The notes under the pieces were generated by a model that saw nothing but the letters and a program-made list of their open reading frames with translations, did not search any database and was not told where the DNA came from. DNA of 24,068 nucleotides, taken from positions 1-24,068 of the IMG/VR virus record IMGVR_UViG_2778261544_000011; one strand, written 5' to 3'. The stretch is from a virus. Taxonomy: Duplodnaviria; Heunggongvirae; Uroviricota; Caudoviricetes. Positions within the stretch are counted from its first letter, which is position 1. The number at the start of each line of letters is the position of its first letter. Shown here in pieces: positions 8,394 through 16,910 of the stretch. A program made the position numbers and the translations under genes.

Positions 8394-8576
8394 TCAGTTC
8401 TGCATACACTGCCGAACACCGTCGACAATTTCACAGACCTGAGAAGCTGTATCGAAAAGCTGGCGCGCTTTATCCAGGCTGACGCATCCCACCAAGAAAA
8501 AAGGCACCAATATCGCTACCAGTGCCCATTTCGCCGCCGTTCGCGGCACTCTGTGTGTCCAGTGTTTTCGGCTCAT
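8394..8576 (-). CDS. Small putative lipoprotein (possible o-spanin/Rz1-like lysis accessory protein)
   Basis: 60-aa ORF with lipobox-like LVGC after a hydrophobic stretch; lies distal to the endolysin gene; not proline-rich like classical Rz1. Confidence 0.4.
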   Translation of the reverse strand: MSRKHWTHRVPRTAAKWALVAILVPFFLVGCVSLDKARQLFDTASQVCEIVDGVRQCMQN

Positions 8577-8581
8577 GTCAG

Positions 8582-8716
8582 CTATCCACCAATCAATCCA
8601 GATAAGCTCAAGACTCTCCAGGCAGTAGCAATGAAAATGGCAACCAGCATCACTGAAAATGAAAGGCCAACAACCACACAGAGAATCCTCGCTAGTTTTA
8701 TGATGCTATCTGACAT
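8582..8716 (-). CDS. Small single-pass membrane protein (44 aa), uncertain
   Basis: In-frame ATG inside ORF 8582-8809 gives MSDSIIKLARILCVVVGLSFSVMLVAIFIATAW...; hydrophobic core; no clear SD checked. Confidence 0.25.
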   Translation of the reverse strand: MSDSIIKLARILCVVVGLSFSVMLVAIFIATAWRVLSLSGLIGG

Positions 8717-8733
8717 ATTTACCCCCGCACCAC

Positions 8734-8880
8734 TTACGATTTCACAGCAATGATCAATTTTGCCATCCCATACAGAATCGGAGACACAGCGATACCGACA
8801 GCCACCCACTTAATGGCAAAAGCCACCGCTCTGCTGATGTCATCAGTTACAGGCGCTTTCAATTCAAGGCCGTTTTTCAT
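8734..8880 (-). CDS. Small single-pass membrane protein (48 aa), uncertain
   Basis: ORF 8734-8916; ATG at 8880 preceded by GAGG; hydrophobic segment WVAVGIAVSPILYGMAKLIIAV. Confidence 0.3.
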   Translation of the reverse strand: MKNGLELKAPVTDDISRAVAFAIKWVAVGIAVSPILYGMAKLIIAVKS

Positions 8881-8950
8881 AGTCAACCTCAACAGAATTG
8901 GTTTATACTTCCTCATGTTCTACTTTGCCTTACCCAAGGTCAGAAACAGA

Positions 8951-8985
8951 AAACCCCGGACTGTTCCCCCAGCCGGGGTTTTGCT
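8951..8985. terminator. Hairpin with T-rich flanks on both strands (possible bidirectional terminator) between the endolysin and the small distal genes
   Basis: AACCCCGG-actgttcccccag-CCGGGGTT followed by TTGCTTTTT on the plus strand and TTTCTGTTTCT on the minus strand. Confidence 0.4.
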
Positions 8986-9056
8986 TTTTCAGTAAGTCTA
9001 ATGTCGTGCTATCTGCAAAGTGGATTTACCGACTTCATTGAAAAGTGGAATTTCAA

Positions 9057-9602
9057 CTACACGCCCACGCGTTCTTTCATCCAGCCATAGACAAACGACT
9101 CGTTGGCCTCGCGTTTCTCTGCCAGCTCCAGATAGCGGTCACCCTGCGTGCAATTCAGCGCCTTCAGCATCACCAGTTCGCCATCCCTGCCACGATTTTT
9201 CAGATATGCCCGTAGCGCATTAAGAGTACGCGGCCCGATGCGTCCATCAGCATCCATATCCGGATACAGTTTCCCGCGCAGGTTGAAAACGTTAAGCCAG
9301 CGTTGAAGCATTTTTGACGCCACGGTTGGCCCCATGTTCACGCCCGTATCACACAACTCTGCGGCAATATCAGGGGATAACGCTGCCACCTGGTCAAAAC
9401 GTGGTCCGAACCAGTAATCCGCCTCGAGTATTTCCAGCGCCTGACCGCGTGTAAGGTCGCGCATATCGCCGCGATATCCGTGTGCGCGGGCGACTTTTTC
9501 CGTAACACCCCATTTTGTCGGCCCGCCTTTATCGTCCGGATGATTGACGTAGCCACCCTCTTTTCCGAGGATTTCATCAAAAATGACGTCCTTCGATTTC
9601 AT
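9057..9602 (-). CDS. Endolysin, glycoside hydrolase family 108-like N-terminal domain plus peptidoglycan-binding domain
   Basis: 181-aa ORF with FDEILGKEGGYVNHPDDKGGPTKWGVT (GH108-type EGGY motif) and a C-terminal DGRIGPRTLNAL peptidoglycan-binding-like segment. Confidence 0.8.
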   Translation of the reverse strand: MKSKDVIFDEILGKEGGYVNHPDDKGGPTKWGVTEKVARAHGYRGDMRDLTRGQALEILEADYWFGPRFDQVAALSPDIAAELCDTGVNMGPTVASKMLQRWLNVFNLRGKLYPDMDADGRIGPRTLNALRAYLKNRGRDGELVMLKALNCTQGDRYLELAEKREANESFVYGWMKERVGV

Positions 9603-9603
9603 C

Positions 9604-9882
9604 TCAGTGCCTCAACAATGGAAAGATTCTTGTGACGTTCCCGCGTGCGCGTATCACCAGCACGCAGAACAGCAGGTTAAAAAACACTTCCAGCCAGCCC
9701 GTTGCTAACGGGCGACCACACAGATAGCTGAGGGGCGCAAAGGCATACAGCAGCATCAGCAGCCAGGCCAGCCATGACATCAGCGGTTTATGTCTGGAAT
9801 CCCGGCGACGATAAAAAAAGAGCGTCAGCACGATAACCGTGCATAACGCCACATTCAGCAATCCGGGAAGGTTACTTAACAT
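9604..9882 (-). CDS. Membrane protein with about 3 predicted TM helices, holin/antiholin-like
   Basis: ORF 9604-9936; ATG at 9882 preceded by GGAGGAGG; overlaps the upstream holin-like gene stop by 11 bp; directly upstream of the endolysin. Confidence 0.5.
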   Translation of the reverse strand: MLSNLPGLLNVALCTVIVLTLFFYRRRDSRHKPLMSWLAWLLMLLYAFAPLSYLCGRPLATGWLEVFFNLLFCVLVIRARGNVTRIFPLLRH

Positions 9883-10264
9883 TGCCGCCTCCTCCACCCC
9901 GCGGGCGGGAGAACAGGCCGGACACCAGTGATGCAATATCCTGCTGGTGGATGAACGAGAGAATCTTCACCGACACCACTGACACCAGCACTGCACACAG
10001 TGCGTCGACAGGCGCACCGTCAAACCCTGTATGCTTTACCAGCCAGGATGCCAGAACCTCTGCGCCCAGCACGCCGATAATGAACGACACCAGAAAATGC
10101 GCCGCCACACGCCAGGCTGAAAGCGCCTGCGGCATCGTTGCCACAAATAACGCCCCGGCGAACGCACCAAACACAATCCCGAAATCCGTTCCGGTAAACA
10201 GCCCGAATACCGTCGCCCCGCCGAGCGCCACAGCCGTGCCGGAACCGGATAAGGGTTCAGACAT
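9872..10264 (-). CDS. Putative holin-like membrane protein (130 aa)
   Basis: ORF 9872-10336; ATG at 10264 preceded by AGGAGA; Gly/Ala-rich hydrophobic helices; first gene of the lysis cassette. Confidence 0.5.
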   Translation of the reverse strand: MSEPLSGSGTAVALGGATVFGLFTGTDFGIVFGAFAGALFVATMPQALSAWRVAAHFLVSFIIGVLGAEVLASWLVKHTGFDGAPVDALCAVLVSVVSVKILSFIHQQDIASLVSGLFSRPRGGGGGNVK

Positions 10265-10583
10265 ACTTTTTTCTCCTGTAAATAAAAAAGGGCCACCAGC
10301 GGCCCGTAAAAAACACCCCGTCAAAAGCACCGGCATCCGCAGATGCCCTTTGCGTGGCGTTATTTGATGCGCACCAGATGTGGCGCAAAGAAATGAAATA
10401 AGACTTATCGGAAATTATGGTTAATTTGAGGATTTAAACCACTTCTGAAGCTTAGTAGTATGAACATGTCCCCGGAAGGGGGCCAATACTTATTATTCTT
10501 CATGGACTTTGTCCCGCGGTCTTAATCCGACGACCGCGCTACTTTTCACCCTCTCGCAAATTGCTATCCAAAGGACGTTGTCC

Positions 10584-10616
10584 CACGAGTATTCCTGAAT
10601 GCTCGTGTCTTTTTTT
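10584..10616 (+). terminator. Rho-independent terminator on the plus strand
   Basis: CACGAG-tattcctgaatg-CTCGTG followed by TCTTTTTTT. Confidence 0.45.
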
Positions 10617-10630
10617 GTCCTGAGAAAGGA

Positions 10631-10656
10631 ATAAAAAAAACCGCCAGATATGGCGG
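10631..10656 (-). terminator. Rho-independent terminator on the minus strand downstream of the tRNA genes
   Basis: Hairpin CCGCCAGATATGGCGG (10641-10656) followed on the minus strand by a run of 8 T (complement of 10633-10640). Confidence 0.5.
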
Positions 10657-11021
10657 TTGGTCAATGCAAGGGATGAATTTTTTAATTGTTATTAAACCGA
10701 GGCGTCGGGTGCCTCCCGAAGTATTCCGTGCTGTATGGATACTGTGGTTTCCCGCTAAACCGACTCTTTAAACCACCCTCGCACTGAGGAGCGCCTCTAT
10801 GGTGCGATTTACAACACCAGAATGATGCATCACCGACCCTGCCAGGAAATACAAAATCTCCACCGATAATGCACCATTCTGCTGCCGTAAAAAAATCAGC
10901 ACTGAGGCTACACCCGGCCTCAAATCATAGCCAGAGAACAGAATGCTTTTTCAAAACAACCTGCTCCCACGTAATAAAAAATACGCCAGTGCCGCAATAC
11001 AATAAGGCTTGTTTCAAATAC

Positions 11022-11096
<75 letters not shown>

Positions 11097-11099
11097 ATA

Positions 11100-11175
<76 letters not shown>

Positions 11176-11410
11176 ATTGGTTCTTCAGGGGAGCGATATC
11201 ACCGAGCAAAGAAGAGTTCCCCCTCAGAACCGTTTTCGATGATACGATTTAATATTCCAATCGCAACAACACTTTGCGTCAAGTTATGTAAATTTATTTA
11301 TATGTTTTTATTTTATGTGAATAATTCACTTTCACTTAAAATATACATGACAATATATAAACAAATTTATTTTGAAGGAGATTATTAAATGTCGTTTCTT
11401 ATATAACACC

Positions 11411-11442
11411 GCAGAAACAACAAAACCCGCTCGATGGCGGGT
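11411..11442 (-). terminator. Rho-independent terminator downstream of the Q-like gene (tR'-like)
   Basis: Minus-strand hairpin AACCCGC-catcga-GCGGGTT followed by TTGTTGTTTCTG. Confidence 0.5.
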
Positions 11443-11497
11443 TCTATTAAAGTTCAATTGCGCTTGATTCGCCTCGCGATACAGCTTTGCGAAGCGT

Positions 11498-11532
11498 ACC
11501 AAAATTGAAGCAGTTTGTGGCTCATTTTGCAA
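11498..11532 (-). promoter_or_regulatory. Candidate late promoter (PR'-like) overlapping the 3' end of the Q-like gene
   Basis: Minus strand: TTGCAA, 17-bp spacer, TTCAAT; about 60-70 nt upstream of the terminator at 11411-11442, paralleling the lambda PR'/tR' layout. Confidence 0.3.
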
Positions 11533-11539
11533 TGATTTT

Positions 11540-12076
11540 TTAAGCATAATCGAACGCTTCTCTCATAGGTGAATACAAAATGAACTCAGCAACACGCAAC
11601 CACTGCTCAACACGACGTCGGCATGTAATCAACGCCCACTCTGGGTACTGTTCGTTTAATAACTCTGCCATCCTTCTCTTACTCATCCCTCGCCCCACAT
11701 AACGCTGACTCAGGACATTTAGTAGTCCTGGATGATCCGCCAGAACTTCACCTATAACACTATCAATTTTTAGTGCCTCTGCATCAGTGCAGTGAGTTAA
11801 CCAGCTTTTTTGCTTTCCTTCGATCATCTCACGCAAAAATGCTTCCAACTCTGGTTTATCAATTCCCGCTTTTTTCAATCTGCGCAGGGCTTCATTGATG
11901 GCTGTTTTTGTCATTTTTTGGGATGCCAGCAACTGGTTAAACATATTCCCTGACCTGCCGCCGCCAATATACGACCAGCGCCCCCACATACGTAGTTTTC
12001 CCTGAATCCAGACACTTTCCAGCGTGGTGAGACGAAGGTGTTCTCCGCTTTTTCCTGTATTCGTTGGGTAAATCAT
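11540..12076 (-). CDS. Putative late-gene antiterminator (Q-like by position), 178 aa
   Basis: ORF 11540-12196; ATG at 12076 overlaps the stop of the upstream DUF1364-like gene (ATGA); sits between the nin-like genes and the PR'-like/tRNA/lysis region; no confident family match. Confidence 0.45.
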   Translation of the reverse strand: MIYPTNTGKSGEHLRLTTLESVWIQGKLRMWGRWSYIGGGRSGNMFNQLLASQKMTKTAINEALRRLKKAGIDKPELEAFLREMIEGKQKSWLTHCTDAEALKIDSVIGEVLADHPGLLNVLSQRYVGRGMSKRRMAELLNEQYPEWALITCRRRVEQWLRVAEFILYSPMREAFDYA

Positions 12077-12363
12077 AAATATCCCTCCTTTCTCCAGATT
12101 TCTTGTGTGCGAAAAACACCTTCTGCATGCATCAGGCGTAATTCTTCTTTGGTGTAATCGCTGGTTTTTACCCGCCCGTCGATTAAATCGTGGCACGAGC
12201 TACAGGCAATCGCTGCCTGCATATCGTGTGGCTTTATCGCTGTTCCGCACGTTCCCGCCAGTCGGTAATGCGCCAGCACAGACGTTTCCGGATCGTGATT
12301 GCAGTAGCCAGGAATTCTGACGGTGCACATCTGCCCCCGCGCCGCTTTACGTAAATCCACCAT
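12073..12363 (-). CDS. DUF1364 (YbcO-like) phage protein, Cys-rich putative nuclease
   Basis: 96-aa ORF resembling DLP12 YbcO-family proteins (recalled); conserved Cys/His pattern; start overlaps the upstream gene stop (TAATG). Confidence 0.65.
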   Translation of the reverse strand: MVDLRKAARGQMCTVRIPGYCNHDPETSVLAHYRLAGTCGTAIKPHDMQAAIACSSCHDLIDGRVKTSDYTKEELRLMHAEGVFRTQEIWRKEGYL

Positions 12364-12962
12364 TACGCAAACTCCAGTAGCTGCGCGGCCACATTTTCGA
12401 CTTGTTCCGGAGAGGAAAATTTACGGAACAGAATCCAGTTCCACAGCACATTCAGTACAGATTTATAAACCTGCTGAAACTCGGTTTCGTCCATATTCGC
12501 AAACGCGATAGATTTCGCCCGACGCCCACGGCTACCGTCCGGATAAAAATGCTCGGTGTAAAATCCGGCCTGAATGGTTACCCACTCGCGGAAAGCCTCA
12601 AACGACTTTAGCAATGCCGTATCCCGGGTTCTGCGAGTCGCAACAGTGTTAAGGTATTGCTCTGCGGCATCACTCAGGGCTGGCGTATGTTCCCGGCCTA
12701 CCGATTCACACAGGTAATCAACGAAACCGGACACCAGTTTTCGTTCGCGAGGCGTGATCGCCCCACCGACCGGAGTCCAGTAATCGAATCCGAGCTGCAG
12801 GAGTTTAAAAAAACGCTTGTGGAATGCGTAGTTACGAACACGCTTAAAGTCTGCGTGTATCCACTCACCTATTTTGATTTGATGCAGAAAATCGCAACTC
12901 TCCGGCGTCGCCGGGAGAAGTAATCCGGAAGAGGTTTGTTTGACCAGTTGTATATGCGCCAT
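12363..12962 (-). CDS. DUF1367 (YbcN/YdfU-like) phage protein
   Basis: ORF 12363-12974 (first codon TTG); ATG at 12962 preceded by GGAG; sequence resembles the YbcN/YdfU nin-region family. Confidence 0.65.
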   Translation of the reverse strand: MAHIQLVKQTSSGLLLPATPESCDFLHQIKIGEWIHADFKRVRNYAFHKRFFKLLQLGFDYWTPVGGAITPRERKLVSGFVDYLCESVGREHTPALSDAAEQYLNTVATRRTRDTALLKSFEAFREWVTIQAGFYTEHFYPDGSRGRRAKSIAFANMDETEFQQVYKSVLNVLWNWILFRKFSSPEQVENVAAQLLEFA

Positions 12963-13021
12963 TGCTATCTCCAATGGCGCTGTAGGTTGCCAGTTGTTCA
13001 GGCTGGCTTACGAATTATAAC

Positions 13022-13195
13022 TCATTCCCGAACCACCTTGAAACCGAGCCTTTCCAGGTATTCAATGAATGCCTCGATAGATAAAATCACATGATCATCA
13101 GGAATTAACGTTGTGTAGATAACTTCTCCATTCTCAACGCGCACAGCATAGAGGCCATCTTCACTAAAAATTTCACGTAATTCTTCGATTTTCAT
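13022..13195 (-). CDS. Hypothetical small acidic protein (57 aa)
   Basis: Hand-translated MKIEELREIFSEDGLYAVRVENGEVIYTTLIPDDHVILSIEAFIEYLERLGFKVVRE; below the ORF-track cutoff; GGAAGGA about 11 nt upstream of the ATG. Confidence 0.3.
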   Translation of the reverse strand: MKIEELREIFSEDGLYAVRVENGEVIYTTLIPDDHVILSIEAFIEYLERLGFKVVRE

Positions 13196-13314
13196 CAACA
13201 GAATCCTTCCAGATAAATAGCACTCCCCTGTTCGGGGTCCATCCCTCTTCTCCCTGCACGCTACTTAAGTATTTTTGATTCTATTCCGGCACTATCCAAA
13301 ACTTCAAACGCGTT

Positions 13315-13346
13315 GAAAATAAAAACAAAAACCCGCCGAAGCGGGT
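13315..13346 (-). terminator. Rho-independent terminator at the 3' end of the hok transcript
   Basis: Minus-strand hairpin AACCCGC-ttcg-GCGGGTT followed by TTTGTTTTTATTTTC. Confidence 0.5.
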
Positions 13347-13415
13347 TAAGTGTGGGTGCATTGAGGATGCCTGACACATCAGAGGTGGCGGGAGATTTCT
13401 CCCCCGCCAGGTCTC

Positions 13416-13571
13416 TTACTCCTCAGGTTCGTAAGCTGTGAAGACAGCGACCTCCGTCTGGCCGGTTCGGATTCGTACCTCGCAGAGGTCTTTCCTCGTT
13501 ACCAGTGCCGTCACTATGACGGTTAAACAGATGACGATCAGGGCGATTAACATCGCCTTTTGCTGCTTCAT
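13416..13571 (-). CDS. hok: Hok/Gef-family type I toxin (51 aa)
   Basis: MKQQKAMLIALIVICLTVIVTALVTRKDLCEVRIRTGQTEVAVFTAYEPEE is a typical Hok/Gef-family toxin sequence; ATG at 13571 preceded by AAGGAGAAG; an in-frame upstream extension to the ATG at 13628 could act as a mok-like leader frame. Confidence 0.8.
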   Translation of the reverse strand: MKQQKAMLIALIVICLTVIVTALVTRKDLCEVRIRTGQTEVAVFTAYEPEE

Positions 13572-13924
13572 AGCCTGCTTCTCCTTGACCTTTCGGTCAG
13601 TAAGAGGCAATCTATATGTGACGAGCATATAGGGGCCTCACTTCGATTTATAGTCGGGTGGGGCTTTTATCTATCTGCCGTTGGTGTTCATGCCCGAGGC
13701 AGATAGCCTCAAGCACCCGCAGCAATTCTACTTAACTCTCCTTTTCCCGCAAACCGTTTTTATCCTCAACGAAAATTTTACCAATATCGCCTAACACATC
13801 TCCCTTGCCCTGACGATGCTTACCTCTTTACACAGCCCCCAATTTATGTATTATCTTTTACAAACAACCAGTTAAGAGCTATCGGTGGGTGAGTTCGCCC
13901 TGCGGTAGCTTTTCCTTTATGCAT

Positions 13925-13960
13925 TGCATCTATTTATGTTCTAGTATATTCCTATATGTT
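13925..13960 (+). promoter_or_regulatory. Candidate promoter for the two-gene cassette
   Basis: TTGCAT followed at sub-optimal spacing by TATATT in the AT-rich region upstream of the 13975 start (SD AAGGA); exact -35/-10 assignment uncertain. Confidence 0.25.
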
Positions 13961-13974
13961 CAAAAGGACTTTTC

Positions 13975-14907
13975 ATGCACAGCGTTAATTTCTATTCATT
14001 CCGCGTCTTGACCCATAAAGGCAGTCGAGCCAGCAAAAAACTTAATGAATTGGGTTTAAGTAATAAAAAAACGGCATATGAACTTTTTGTTGATTATTTT
14101 ACTCTATATAAAAACACCCCCATCGAGTTTGGCGTATCCAAAACTAAAATATCTCTGGAACAACACGCTAAACTTCACTTTGATAACTCAAAAAAAATTA
14201 TATATGGTTATGTAAAAGTTGGGAAATATGGAGAAAGCAGTGAAATAAAAGATGTAAAACTCAAAAAAATCCACTATAGGACAACTGCTTATGATGTAAC
14301 ACTCAAAGAACGTTATATTTTAATATACCTACCAGACGCCCTTGAAGAAGGAATTATTGCATTCCACTCTTGCGATAATATTTCTGCTCGAGGTGTCCTT
14401 TCTGATTCTATCACTGAATATCTAAAAAACAAATTTCAACTCGAAGCAAGAATCAATCCATTACATCATAAGAAAATCCCTCAATATATTCTCAATTCCG
14501 AATTAAAACAAATTAAGGCTCAAGGATATAAAGCACCAAAAGACATTGCTGATTCCTTTGGTCAAAACAAAACAAACATCAAGACAGACTTAATAATAAA
14601 AGCAAACGATGGCATGTTCGGAAGTTTCAGAGATTTAAGAAACAAGAATATAGGAAACATCATTGAGATTATTGAAGATAAATGTGATGCAATAAAAGTA
14701 AGCTTACAACTCGGCAGTCGGACTGTCGTTTTCAATTATGATACCATACTAAAAAAAGGAATTTCCGCAGAGTTAGATGATAATGATCTAAAAATCGACC
14801 CATTAACAGGCATACCTGATCTAACAGCACTTCATGACACGATAAAAAACCTTTCTAATGATATATTGTTAGAACTGCATAGCGGAAACAAAGGGGTGAT
14901 TATATGA
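13975..14907 (+). CDS. Hypothetical soluble protein (310 aa), RexA-like candidate, first gene of a two-gene cassette
   Basis: AT-rich ORF opposite in orientation to the flanking phage genes; ATG preceded by AAGGA; N-terminal NFYSFRVLTHKG weakly recalls the RexA N-terminus (unverified). Confidence 0.6.
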   Translation: MHSVNFYSFRVLTHKGSRASKKLNELGLSNKKTAYELFVDYFTLYKNTPIEFGVSKTKISLEQHAKLHFDNSKKIIYGYVKVGKYGESSEIKDVKLKKIHYRTTAYDVTLKERYILIYLPDALEEGIIAFHSCDNISARGVLSDSITEYLKNKFQLEARINPLHHKKIPQYILNSELKQIKAQGYKAPKDIADSFGQNKTNIKTDLIIKANDGMFGSFRDLRNKNIGNIIEIIEDKCDAIKVSLQLGSRTVVFNYDTILKKGISAELDDNDLKIDPLTGIPDLTALHDTIKNLSNDILLELHSGNKGVII

Positions 14908-15458
14908 ATAAAATAAATGTACTGGGTGTAATAATAAAACACTACAAAACAATGTCAGATCAGCGTGGAACAATGTTGATGAGCGACATTATCGTACATT
15001 TTATTGTTCCGTTATCTCTTTCTTTCGTTCTGTGCTGGACATACGGAATAATGAAACCGGCAATTGCTTCCGTCTTTGTTAACTTCGGGGCTATTACAAC
15101 AGCACTATTAATGAGTGCAGTAATAATGATTTATGAACAAAAACAAAAAACCATCACTAAGATATCAGACATAATTGAAGGAAACAAATCCCGAGACAAA
15201 TTGATATCATTAAACACTAACAAAACCATATATGAGCAGTTATGCCACAACGTCGCTTATGCAATATTAACTTCAATAGTATTGGTTATATTTTCAGTGA
15301 TAATATATTTCCTGCCTGACAATGCAGTGGATTTAATGAAATGGTATTTTCGCGCACCTGCATATATTGTTAGCTTTTTAGCCTATACATCCTTTTTTAT
15401 CACTGTTATAACGTTCTTAATGGTAATAAAAAGATTTAGCACAATTTTAGATAATTGA
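14904..15458 (+). CDS. Integral membrane protein with four predicted TM helices (184 aa), RexB-like candidate
   Basis: ATGA start/stop overlap with the upstream gene; AGGGGTG ahead of the ATG; four hydrophobic segments (about residues 26-48, 53-77, 117-137, 150-175). Confidence 0.6.
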   Translation: MNKINVLGVIIKHYKTMSDQRGTMLMSDIIVHFIVPLSLSFVLCWTYGIMKPAIASVFVNFGAITTALLMSAVIMIYEQKQKTITKISDIIEGNKSRDKLISLNTNKTIYEQLCHNVAYAILTSIVLVIFSVIIYFLPDNAVDLMKWYFRAPAYIVSFLAYTSFFITVITFLMVIKRFSTILDN

Positions 15459-15467
15459 ACAGCGGAA

Positions 15468-15495
15468 CAGCCGCCCTTTTGGGCGGCCTCCTGAT
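15468..15495 (+). terminator. Hairpin (AGCCGCCC-tttt-GGGCGGC) after the cassette; weak terminator
   Basis: GC-rich stem immediately after the stop at 15458, followed by ctcctgattatttg (only moderately T-rich). Confidence 0.35.
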
Positions 15496-15558
15496 TATTT
15501 GAGGGTGCAGAAATCCCTCCGGTTAAGGATTAAATTTTATTTACAACACTAAATTTAA

Positions 15559-16146
15559 TTATTCAGGCGCGCGAATCTGTTCCGCACAATGCAACAATGC
15601 TTCTGTCACTTCCTTAAGCGTTACAGTATCGCCATCATCCAGTCCTGCAACTTTTGCGTGCCGGACAAACGCCGCGCAAAGCTCGTTAAACGCCACTGCC
15701 CGTACATCAGCCAGGAAAGCATCTGTAGCCGGGGTTTGCGGCATCCTTCCGCCTATTGCGCAGATATACGCATCAGATAGTTCATCCTGCTCGCCATCAA
15801 ACACGTAGCAACTCTGTGCGATAAATTTATTCAGCCCCGCATTCTCCGCCGCAAGCGCAGCAAGATTAGTCTCCAGCCCTGCAATGCGTTCCTCCAGTTC
15901 GTAGACTCTGCATTGCTCTTTATCATCAATCAGATATAACCCAAGACATTCGCTTTCTACCCAACCGCCGAAATCATGATCGTAACGCTCACATGAAAAC
16001 TCACCGTCGCTGTCCTTTGTTGGGATGGTGTAGCTATCTAATGGGCCACCATACGTCGGCACATTTCCCAATGCCGGATGCTCAATCCACATGAAAAATG
16101 CACGTCCGGTTATAGGGCAAATATCTGGTCGCCATTGATTACTCAC
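15559..16146 (-). CDS. Hypothetical phage early protein (195 aa)
   Basis: ORF 15559-16176 (first codon TTG); preferred start is the GTG at 16146 preceded by AGGAGG-aaacca, overlapping the upstream gene stop (GTGAGTAA). Confidence 0.45.
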   Translation of the reverse strand: MSNQWRPDICPITGRAFFMWIEHPALGNVPTYGGPLDSYTIPTKDSDGEFSCERYDHDFGGWVESECLGLYLIDDKEQCRVYELEERIAGLETNLAALAAENAGLNKFIAQSCYVFDGEQDELSDAYICAIGGRMPQTPATDAFLADVRAVAFNELCAAFVRHAKVAGLDDGDTVTLKEVTEALLHCAEQIRAPE

Positions 16147-16876
16147 TGGTTTCCTCCTGGCAAAGCTGGGCGACAATATCGCGATATTTATTCAGCTCCC
16201 GCAGCGCGACACAGACTCGCTCCCATTTCCGGATATCACTTTTCGCCCGACGCAGTTCGCGGTTTGCCTGTCGCAGCGATGGCAGAACCAGATTATCCAC
16301 TCGCTTCTCAAGCGGCTGCACAATGTCTGCCACAGTTTCTGTTTTAATATCTTCCTGTGTTGCAGCTTCCTGTACTGGTAACGCAACACATGCAGGCTGA
16401 GGAAAGGCTTTACCATCAGTTTCCGCTACCGATGCCGCTTTCGGCTCTGCTGGTAAATTACCGCCCGGCATGCAGTAACGAAATTTACCGTTCTGATTAA
16501 CACGAATCAGACGACCTTTGCTGATTGCCATTGCCAGCGTTGAAGCCACTTTGCGGGATGTTGTACCGAACAGCGTAGCCAGTTCATCCGCCGTTTGTGG
16601 TCCGCGTTGTTCAATCGTCGCGGTTAAATCGCACTCTGAGATTTTCGCTACTGTCGCCGTGGTGGTTTCTTCCGGCTGTTCTTCTGGCGCTGGCTGTTCC
16701 TGCTGAACGTTGTTATCAGCCACACGCCAGGTGTATACGCTTTTATCAACGAAGCCAGCCTTTTTCAGTTCCCACAGCTCGTTCAGTACTTCTTCACGAC
16801 TGATATCAAGTCGCGCAGCCAGCTCTACCGACGTGGCTTTTCCCATCGCTTTCAGTGCGTCAAAAACAGTCTCCAT
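16139..16876 (-). CDS. Hypothetical protein with an N-terminal winged-helix-like DNA-binding region (245 aa)
   Basis: ORF 16139-16942; ATG at 16876 preceded by GGGAGGAAAT; N-terminus [30 protein letters not shown]... looks like a winged-helix motif; Glu/Gln-rich central linker. Confidence 0.5.
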   Translation of the reverse strand: METVFDALKAMGKATSVELAARLDISREEVLNELWELKKAGFVDKSVYTWRVADNNVQQEQPAPEEQPEETTTATVAKISECDLTATIEQRGPQTADELATLFGTTSRKVASTLAMAISKGRLIRVNQNGKFRYCMPGGNLPAEPKAASVAETDGKAFPQPACVALPVQEAATQEDIKTETVADIVQPLEKRVDNLVLPSLRQANRELRRAKSDIRKWERVCVALRELNKYRDIVAQLCQEETSE

Positions 16877-16910
16877 TAAAATTTCCTCCCGGTAAAAATT
16901 ACTTCTCAAC

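Noticed and set aside
8238-8753. Plus-strand 171-aa ORF
   Set aside because: Antisense to three small minus-strand ORFs with membrane/lipoprotein features and SDs; Arg/His-rich low-complexity translation; no start signals
9882-10367. Plus-strand 161-aa ORF and other antisense ORFs across the lysis and replication genes (for example 17045-17455, 17139-17489, 9338-9580)
   Set aside because: Fully antisense to or nested within better-supported genes; Pro/Arg/Ser-rich translations; no ribosome-binding sites
13438-13632. Plus-strand 64-aa ORF antisense to hok
   Set aside because: Directly antisense to the Hok toxin frame; any functional plus-strand product here would be a Sok-like antisense RNA, not a protein
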